This document shows, in pieces, positions 1-5,013 of a stretch of DNA of 5,673 nt. The stretch lies in the IMG/VR virus record IMGVR_UViG_3300018472_000012, positions 1-5,673 of that record, one strand, 5' to 3'. The notes under the pieces were generated by a model. That model did no database searches. It was given only the letters and a program-made list of their open reading frames with translations, and was not told the origin of the DNA. The stretch comes from a virus. Numbering within the stretch: position 1 is the first letter of the stretch; each line of letters opens with the position of its first letter. The translations under genes and the position numbers were made by a program.

Positions 1-141
1 ACCGTAAAATATGGAACAGAAGACGATCAGGAAAACAAAATTAGCAGAGCACAAGCAGGAGGAAAATGCCTCAAAGTCTGCAAACACAAAGACTACTTCA
101 CCAGCTGTTTACCGCAGCCACAGAAAGGCGAAGCCGTACCG
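1..141. repeat. Terminal direct repeat, copy 1. It is identical to 5533..5673 and marks the circular-genome assembly overlap.
   Basis: Base-by-base reading shows 1..141 (accgtaaaatatggaacaga...gaagccgtaccg) equals 5533..5673. The offset of 5532 is divisible by 3 and keeps the VP1 frame. Confidence 0.95.
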
Positions 142-1179
142 CTGCCGCTGACCGGAAATGCACCATTAAGAGCTTTCACCTCACCGGAATTAAAAGAAAT
201 AGAAACAGGAACAGGTTATTTCAACAACGAATATAACCACGGAATATTAAATCACCCAAATATCGGATTCACAACACAAGGAACAAAATTCAATCTGAAC
301 AAAAACAACAACGGAAACGTAGCAGCGCTAGTCAATGGCGTATATGCGCAAACAATGAGCATAGACGATGCAAACTTTATGAATACATGGGTAGGCGCAG
401 ACCTCAGCTCAGTCACAGCAACTACAATCAACGAACTCCGAAACGCTATTGCAGTGCAACACATCCTGGAACGAGATGCCAGAACAGGAACCAGGTACAA
501 AGAAATCCTTAAAGGAGCCTGGGGTGTAACCTCACCGGATGCACGACTCGACCGAAGCGAATACATCGGCGGCTACAGAATGCCGATTAACATCAATCAG
601 GTCATTCAGACGTCAAGCAGCAACACAACCAGCCCGCAGGGCAACACAGCTGCATACAGTATGACCACGATGAGCCGTCACATGTGCACATACAGCGCAA
701 CTGAACACGGCTATGTCATGGGTCTGTGCTGCGTGCGCGTGAATCACAGCTATCAGCAGGGCCTAGGCCGGATGTGGACAAGAAGCACACGGTTCAGCTA
801 CTATGACCCAATGCTGGCAAACCTGGGAGAGCAACCGGTGCTGAACAAAGAAATCTATGCACAAGGCAACGAACAGGATGAAGAAGTATTCGGTTATCAA
901 GAAGCCTGGGCAGACTACAGGTACCGCACAAACATGATAACCAGCGAGATGCGCAGCACATACACACACAGCCTGGATGCCTGGCACTATGCAGACCACT
1001 ACACATCCCTTCCAAAACTGTCAAGCGACTGGATCAAAGAAGGAGACGAGAACATCGCCAGGACACTAGCAGTGGAAGATACAAATCATTCTTATCAGTT
1101 CATCTGCAACTTCTACTTCGATCAAACCTGGACACGGCCCATGCCGATCTACAGCGTACCTGGCCTTGATACGATCTAA
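1..1179 (+). CDS. VP1: Major capsid protein VP1, C-terminal part. This is codon 174 onward of the CDS that starts at 5014.
   Basis: Frame 1 is open from base 1; the track ORF 355..1179 is only its ATG-delimited tail. It contains the conserved TINELRNAIAVQHILERDARTGTRYKEILKGAWGVTSPDARLDRSEYIGG block typical of Microviridae capsid proteins. The TAA stop is at 1177-1179. Confidence 0.93.
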   Translation, partial: TVKYGTEDDQENKISRAQAGGKCLKVCKHKDYFTSCLPQPQKGEAVPLPLTGNAPLRAFTSPELKEIETGTGYFNNEYNHGILNHPNIGFTTQGTKFNLNKNNNGNVAALVNGVYAQTMSIDDANFMNTWVGADLSSVTATTINELRNAIAVQHILERDARTGTRYKEILKGAWGVTSPDARLDRSEYIGGYRMPININQVIQTSSSNTTSPQGNTAAYSMTTMSRHMCTYSATEHGYVMGLCCVRVNHSYQQGLGRMWTRSTRFSYYDPMLANLGEQPVLNKEIYAQGNEQDEEVFGYQEAWADYRYRTNMITSEMRSTYTHSLDAWHYADHYTSLPKLSSDWIKEGDENIARTLAVEDTNHSYQFICNFYFDQTWTRPMPIYSVPGLDTI

Positions 1180-1190
1180 GGAGGTGCACA

Positions 1191-2165
1191 ATGGCAGGAT
1201 GGGGAGCAATCGCTTTGCAACTACTACCAAGCGTGGTAGGAGCTCTAGGAAACGTTGCAAGCAGCTATATCAACTCGCAAGGGTCGAACAGCAGCGCAAT
1301 GAATCAGAACACCATGAACCAACAGGTTGGAAATACGACCATGTCAGGAAACACGAGCCAGACAACCGGAACCCAAGGCGCACAGGTAACACAAGGCAGC
1401 ACATCCGGAATATCTGATATCCTGGGAAAAGCACTGACAGGCATCACAGGCAACAACGCCGCAGCGGCAGCCAACTTTAACGCCGGGCAGGCAACCACGG
1501 CAAACAACCTCCAAAACGGACAATGGGCACTGGGCAACCTGATGAACTTGTGGTCAAACGCCAGGGCAAACGAACTAACAGCACAAAGCCAGGCTTCGGC
1601 AATGGCCTTTAACCGGGAAGAAAGCCAGAAAAACCGAGACTGGCAACAGATGATGTCCAGCACAGCCTACCAAAGAGGAGTAGAAGACCTGAAGAAAGCG
1701 GGTCTGAACCCGGCACTGGCAGCCTATAACGGATTCGGAGCAAGCTCTGGCAGCGGAGGCCAGGCAGCAGTCGGAAACACAACCTTTAGCCACGCTCAGG
1801 CATCGGCAATTCCAGCAGCACACACAGCCACCATGCAAGCAATGTATGATTACGGCAACAATACAGCACAGTTCTTACAGAACGCCATGCAGGCAATCAA
1901 CACGGCGAAGGAAACCAAAAACTGGGAAGAGGCCGGATACATGCAGAGTATCATGCAAAATATCGGCTCCAGCAGCGCAAAAACCGTTGGTAACATTGCT
2001 CAAACCGCAAACAACACCTATAACAACAAACAATCTGGAAAACAGACGACAACACCGATAACCGTAGAAACAGGCAAAAAGCTCGCAGACGCTGGAAACA
2101 ACGTAAAAACAAGGGCAGCAGGAGCAGCACTATACGGCCTCGGGAAGGCAATGCGAAAATGGTAG
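1191..2165 (+). CDS. VP2: Minor capsid / DNA pilot protein VP2 (H-like)
   Basis: AAGGAGG (1178-1184) lies 6 nt upstream of the ATG at 1191. The protein has a hydrophobic N-terminus, then an N/Q/S/T-rich low-complexity stretch. It also has the conserved gokushovirus VP2 core FNREESQKNRDWQQMMSSTAYQRGVEDLKKAGLNPALAAY. Its position directly after VP1 is canonical. Confidence 0.88.
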   Translation: MAGWGAIALQLLPSVVGALGNVASSYINSQGSNSSAMNQNTMNQQVGNTTMSGNTSQTTGTQGAQVTQGSTSGISDILGKALTGITGNNAAAAANFNAGQATTANNLQNGQWALGNLMNLWSNARANELTAQSQASAMAFNREESQKNRDWQQMMSSTAYQRGVEDLKKAGLNPALAAYNGFGASSGSGGQAAVGNTTFSHAQASAIPAAHTATMQAMYDYGNNTAQFLQNAMQAINTAKETKNWEEAGYMQSIMQNIGSSSAKTVGNIAQTANNTYNNKQSGKQTTTPITVETGKKLADAGNNVKTRAAGAALYGLGKAMRKW

Positions 2166-2194
2166 TTGACGCAAACAGAAAGAAGGTGTATAGT
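2166..2194 (+). promoter_or_regulatory. Candidate sigma70/SigA-type promoter: TTGACG, 17-nt spacer, TATAGT
   Basis: The -35 element TTGACG (2166-2171) starts immediately after the VP2 stop. An exactly 17-nt spacer follows, then the -10 element TATAGT (2189-2194). Each hexamer matches consensus at 5 of 6 positions. The site lies about 40 nt upstream of the next Shine-Dalgarno site and ATG. Confidence 0.55.
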
Positions 2195-2235
2195 ATGGGT
2201 GTAAGAATCGTACACTTAAAGTAGGAGGGCATAAC

Positions 2236-2406
2236 ATGAGAAGTCTAATAGCAAAAAGAATGAACATCAACCTGACACAAAAACAGATCGAAGAACTAGA
2301 GTTCATCAAAACATGCAAACTATATGATAAATATATCGACAGCGATATCATAAGAGACGCTATTGACGTATATGCAGAAGCACTGGGATACCAAAAAACA
2401 TCATGA
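2236..2406 (+). CDS. Small 56-aa protein with a ribbon-helix-helix (CopG/Arc/MetJ-like) pattern; putative DNA-binding regulator
   Basis: It is not in the ORF track, which lists nothing under 60 aa. AGGAGGG (2223-2229) lies 6 nt before the ATG at 2236, and the TGA stop is at 2404-2406. The translation is MRSLIAKRMNINLTQKQIEELEFIKTCKLYDKYIDSDIIRDAIDVYAEALGYQKTS. It reads as an alternating polar/hydrophobic strand (NINLT), helix A (QKQIEELEFIK) and helix B (SDIIRDAIDVYAEAL), which matches the RHH layout. The fold assignment comes from pattern only. Confidence 0.6.
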   Translation: MRSLIAKRMNINLTQKQIEELEFIKTCKLYDKYIDSDIIRDAIDVYAEALGYQKTS

Positions 2407-2483
2407 GTTACGGCTACCGCCTCACTCAGGGAAGCAACATTTGTCCATAACGAGAAGCGAGCAGCATCTAAATTTTGTGTCAC

Positions 2484-2520
2484 TGGGCCCCAATAACATC
2501 AAGAAGGTTATTGGGGCCCA
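2484..2520 (+). promoter_or_regulatory. Perfect 14-bp inverted repeat (hairpin) with a 9-nt loop, upstream of the rep gene
   Basis: TGGGCCCCAATAAC (2484-2497) and GTTATTGGGGCCCA (2507-2520) are exact reverse complements. The loop is ATCAAGAAG (2498-2506). No T-tract follows, so it is not a canonical intrinsic terminator. It is flanked by an 11/12 direct repeat: CACTCAGGGAAG (2423-2434) and CATTCAGGGAAG (2519-2530). Confidence 0.8.
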
Positions 2521-2546
2521 TTCAGGGAAGGAGGCATGAAACATCT

Positions 2547-3650
2547 ATGCCATGTACGAGACCATTGGTTAGAACCGTCATCAACCGAGAAGAAAGAGTG
2601 GTCAGCCTAAAGGCATACCTGACAAAAACAGGCGAACATCTAGAGTTCGATGCAGACACGAAACTGCAAAAGTGGAACGAGCAGCGAGTTAAAAAACTGC
2701 TCAAAGAGCAAAACGCTCAGCTACTGCCATGCGGGCACTGTCCTGGTTGCAAAATGGCGAATGCAGCATCCTGGGCGAACCGAATGGAAATGGAACTGCC
2801 ATACCATGAAAACGCCTGGTTCCTGACTTTAACCTATGATAACGAAAATGTCCCATATCGAGCGACATGGGACACACTGACAGGAGAAGTAATAACAGAA
2901 AATCTCAGTCTACGCTATGAGGACATGCAAAAATTCTGGAAACGTCTCAGGCGATACATAGAATACCACGAAAAAGGATCCGGAAAACTGATGTATTTCC
3001 AAGCTGGTGAATATGGCGGCCAAACACACAGACCGCACTATCATGCAATCGTCTACGATCTGCCAATAAAGCAAGAAGAACTAAAAATTTACAAAAAAGA
3101 AAGAGGATACACATACTATAACTGTGAATGGATAGAAAAAATCTGGGGTATGGGACACGTGATCCTGGCACCAGCAGAATGGCGTTCTATGGCCTACACA
3201 GCAAGATACACAACAAAAAAGATTTACGGAAAGGACGGTAAAAAATTTTATGAGGAACTAGGAATTATGCCGGAAAAGTGCGCAATGAGCAATAGCCCAG
3301 CAATCGGAGCACAGTACTATTACGACCATGCAGCAGAAATCTACGAAAGAGATCAAATACAGCTGAAAAACGGTAAAATGTGCAAACCACCTCGGTATTT
3401 TGATAAACTTTTCGACATTGACCACGGAGCAAAGCCACTGACAGATGAAGAAGTTCAAAAAATCGAGGAAATAACAGAAAAAGCCGAATCCGAAGAACTG
3501 AAAGCAATTAAGCGAGAACGCCGAAGAATCGCAAACGACGCTCTCTTTGCTCAGCTCAAGCAAACCGGCCTGACCATGCAGGAATATTATAACCTGAAAG
3601 ACAAAAAGATGCAAGAACGAATGAGCAAGCTCATACGCACCGAGGTCTAA
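2547..3650 (+). CDS. VP4: Replication initiation protein VP4 (HUH-superfamily rolling-circle endonuclease, phiX174 gpA-like)
   Basis: The preferred start is the ATG at 2547, giving MPCTRPL..., the usual M-x-C-x-x-P opening of VP4 proteins. GAAGGAGG (2527-2534) lies upstream. The track ORF start at 2475 is a TTG inside the hairpin region. Motifs present are LPCGHCPGCK, FLTLTYD (motif 1), RPHYHAIVY (the HUH motif, with His-Tyr-His at 3036-3044) and YTARYTTKK (two Tyr residues three residues apart at 3195 and 3207, as in phiX174 gpA YVAKYVNKK). The TAA stop is at 3648-3650. Confidence 0.92.
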   Translation: MPCTRPLVRTVINREERVVSLKAYLTKTGEHLEFDADTKLQKWNEQRVKKLLKEQNAQLLPCGHCPGCKMANAASWANRMEMELPYHENAWFLTLTYDNENVPYRATWDTLTGEVITENLSLRYEDMQKFWKRLRRYIEYHEKGSGKLMYFQAGEYGGQTHRPHYHAIVYDLPIKQEELKIYKKERGYTYYNCEWIEKIWGMGHVILAPAEWRSMAYTARYTTKKIYGKDGKKFYEELGIMPEKCAMSNSPAIGAQYYYDHAAEIYERDQIQLKNGKMCKPPRYFDKLFDIDHGAKPLTDEEVQKIEEITEKAESEELKAIKRERRRIANDALFAQLKQTGLTMQEYYNLKDKKMQERMSKLIRTEV

Positions 3651-3713
3651 GCAATCTACAAACAACGAGAACGGCCAATAAAAGCGCAAACCGGAATCTA
3701 ACCTATAAGCTAC

Positions 3714-3755
3714 GCTGTCCTCTATTCGTCGGCCGACCACGGCCGAACGGACAGC
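3714..3755 (+). other. GC-rich compound stem-loop in the rep-distal intergenic region
   Basis: The outer stem pairs GCTGTCC (3714-3720) with GGACAGC (3749-3755). Inside it, TTC..GGCC (3725-3727 and 3731-3734) pairs with GGCCGAA (3741-3747), leaving a 3-nt bulge. The region also contains the 10-bp palindrome GTCGGCCGAC (3728-3737) and two tandem copies of CGGCCGA. It stands out against the A-rich background. Confidence 0.6.
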
Positions 3756-3773
3756 CAACAACTATAAAGTCAG

Positions 3774-3807
3774 CAAGGTGGACAAAACTCCACCTTGTTT
3801 TTTTTTT
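3774..3807 (+). terminator. Rho-independent terminator downstream of VP4
   Basis: A perfect 9-bp stem pairs CAAGGTGGA (3774-3782) with TCCACCTTG (3789-3797). The loop is 6 nt (CAAAAC). An uninterrupted run of 10 T follows (3798-3807). Confidence 0.85.
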
Positions 3808-3846
3808 ACCTTCAGGTAAAATAAAACCATAAACACAGAAAGGAGG

Positions 3847-3963
3847 TTGAAAAAAATAGTTACTTTACAGGACATCAACGCAATTTTCCGACACCTGAAG
3901 AAAATCCTGCACATGCTGGATAAAATCTACCACGCACTGGAACTCGATAAGGAGGAAGAGTAA
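3847..3963 (+). CDS. Doubtful 38-codon ORF (hypothetical, amphipathic-helical) with an uncertain start codon
   Basis: An open frame runs from TTG at 3847 to TAA at 3961-3963. It translates as (L/M)KKIVTLQDINAIFRHLKKILHMLDKIYHALELDKEEE. Its stop overlaps the next gene's start as TAATG. A strong AGGAGG (3841-3846) abuts the TTG with zero spacing. The only in-frame triplet at proper spacing is ATA at 3856, and the first ATG, at 3913, would give only 16 aa. Confidence 0.3.
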   Translation: MKKIVTLQDINAIFRHLKKILHMLDKIYHALELDKEEE

Positions 3964-4082
3964 TGGCATACCGCAGCACCGTAAAACCGAAAACCGACAA
4001 GAAGATTTTCACCAACACCGCAAAGAAGACCAAGAAAATCAACATCAACCCAAAGCCGAGCCGAGGAGGAATCCGACTGTGA
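3963..4082 (+). CDS. VP8: Small basic DNA-binding/packaging protein (gokushovirus VP8 / phiX J-like), 39 aa
   Basis: It is not in the ORF track. AAGGAGGA (3949-3956) lies 6 nt before the ATG at 3963. The translation MAYRSTVKPKTDKKIFTNTAKKTKKININPKPSRGGIRL is very Lys/Arg-rich. As I recall, the FxxTA core and C-terminal RGGIRL are typical of gokushovirus small basic proteins. The TGA stop is at 4080-4082. Confidence 0.72.
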   Translation: MAYRSTVKPKTDKKIFTNTAKKTKKININPKPSRGGIRL

Positions 4083-4279
4083 AAAAAATCAAGAACATGG
4101 CATGCTGCACACTGACAGTCAGACTGAGGTACGACACAGCAGCCGAAATCGATGATCTGGCAGAAGAGCTGGGATGCAGCGTGCCGGCAGCGACACGAAA
4201 AGCAATCGAATACGGGATGAAATACCACAAAGATGATATCATCAACGAAGTAATGGAGGATAACAACAATGACTTTTGA
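4079..4279 (+). CDS. Small 66-aa protein (60 aa if it starts at ATG 4097) with a ribbon-helix-helix-like pattern; putative DNA-binding regulator
   Basis: The GTG at 4079 overlaps the VP8 stop as GTGA and lies 8 nt after GAGGAGGA (4063-4070). An alternative ATG is at 4097. The translation is MKKIKNMACCTLTVRLRYDTAAEIDDLAEELGCSVPAATRKAIEYGMKYHKDDIINEVMEDNNNDF. It reads as a strand (TLTVRL), helix A (AAEIDDLAEELG), a turn (CSV) and helix B (AATRKAIEYGMKY), followed by an acidic tail. The fold call is from pattern only. Confidence 0.6.
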   Translation: MKKIKNMACCTLTVRLRYDTAAEIDDLAEELGCSVPAATRKAIEYGMKYHKDDIINEVMEDNNNDF

Positions 4280-4526
4280 ACTTTATGCAATCAAAGACGA
4301 GCTGGCAGGCACCTTCGGCAACATCATGGTAATCAACGCGATCGTAAAAGAGCGCACCTTCAAATGGATGACCCAGGAGATGGAGAAGAGCGACTGCGAA
4401 GATAAGCGGGTCTATCATCTGGGACAGTACGACACCGAAACCGGCATGATCACACCGTGCGTACCGGAGCTGGAGTGGAATATCGAGCAGGTCAAAAAGA
4501 CCATGGAGGAAAAAAAGGATGATTAA
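4269..4526 (+). CDS. Conserved small Microviridae nonstructural protein (VP5/ORF5-like), 85 aa
   Basis: GGAGGA (4254-4259) lies 9 nt before the ATG at 4269. The gene overlaps the upstream gene by 11 nt and the downstream gene by 8 nt. The pattern MTFELYAIKDELAGTFGNIMV...A..ERTF......VYHLGQYDTETGMI resembles the short nonstructural proteins I recall being common in gut gokushoviruses (F.L..V.D..A..F, then a Y.LG.YD..TG motif). Confidence 0.7.
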   Translation: MTFELYAIKDELAGTFGNIMVINAIVKERTFKWMTQEMEKSDCEDKRVYHLGQYDTETGMITPCVPELEWNIEQVKKTMEEKKDD

Positions 4527-5010
4527 AATCTTTACGCCCTATGAAGATGAAAAACCGAAAAGGCAACCAAACAATCCGGGAAATGTTATGGAGCCGCAAT
4601 ACAAAGAGCGATACGATGAAAACGGAGAACCCTATCTTGAGCAGGTCGGAGAGATCAACACGTATGAAAAAATCCAGTCATACCGAGACGAGGTTGACCC
4701 GATGAGCATCCTGGCAAGATATGCAGCGGGAGACACAACCGTCATGGCTAATCCTGGCTGGTACATCGACACCAGCAAACTGCCTGCAAACTATATCGAA
4801 TGGCGGAACTTGATGAACGAACAGAAAGAGAAGTTCAATGCACTACCGCTGGAAATCAGAAACAAGTTCAACAACAACTTTGATAACTGGGCAGCAAGCG
4901 CAGGAGAACCAGAATGGCTTGAAAATATGGGCATTATGACGAAAAACAATGCAGCAAAAGAGCCTCATGAGAACAACGAAAATGACAAAATGCACAAAAA
5001 AGAGGGATAA
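4519..5010 (+). CDS. VP3: Internal scaffolding protein VP3
   Basis: GGAGGA (4505-4510) lies 8 nt before the ATG at 4519. The protein is acidic and carries the C-terminal motif FNALPLEIRNKFNNNFDNW, matching the LP..iR..FnNdp..F signature of gokushovirus VP3. It sits immediately upstream of VP1. The TAA stop is at 5008-5010. Confidence 0.82.
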   Translation: MIKIFTPYEDEKPKRQPNNPGNVMEPQYKERYDENGEPYLEQVGEINTYEKIQSYRDEVDPMSILARYAAGDTTVMANPGWYIDTSKLPANYIEWRNLMNEQKEKFNALPLEIRNKFNNNFDNWAASAGEPEWLENMGIMTKNNAAKEPHENNENDKMHKKEG

Positions 5011-5013
5011 GAC

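Noticed and set aside
1165-1171. CTTGATA, which matches the nick-site heptamer of the phiX174 origin (CAACTTGATATTAATAAC). A looser CTTGAT..TTA match also lies on the minus strand of the 2498-2512 hairpin loop.
   Set aside because: A 7-mer is expected by chance in about 5.5 kb, and the flanking bases do not match the phiX origin. The hairpin-loop match is on the non-viral strand, where a + strand nick cannot occur. This is not evidence for an origin.
1166-1417. A + strand alternative-frame ORF (83 aa, very basic) spanning the VP1/VP2 junction, considered as a possible overprinted gene of the phiX K/E type
   Set aside because: Its start is a TTG. The internal GTG at 1184 abuts the Shine-Dalgarno site, and the ATG at 1199 lies about 14 nt from it. 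The open frame coincides with the GCA/CAG/AAC-rich low-complexity part of VP2, which depletes stops in other frames. It has no TM segment or recognisable motif. Only conservation analysis could rescue it.
1846-2061. A second + strand alternative-frame ORF inside VP2 (71 aa, basic)
   Set aside because: There is no Shine-Dalgarno site upstream of its ATG. It has the same compositional explanation as 1166..1417 and no recognisable motif.
2195-2224. Mini-ORF MGVRIVHLK immediately after the candidate -10 element. Other tiny intergenic ORFs were also noted: ATG 2403 (15 aa) and GTG 3778 (13 aa).
   Set aside because: They have no Shine-Dalgarno sites, are very short, and overlap regulatory structures. 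They are most likely not translated.
2475-2546. The N-terminal extension of the VP4 ORF as drawn in the track (start at 2475)
   Set aside because: The codon at 2475 is a TTG with no Shine-Dalgarno site, and the extension would be translated through the 14-bp hairpin. The ATG at 2547 follows GAAGGAGG and gives the canonical MPC..P VP4 N-terminus. The ATG at 2536 is out of frame, lies only 1 nt from the Shine-Dalgarno site, and opens a mere 24-codon frame.
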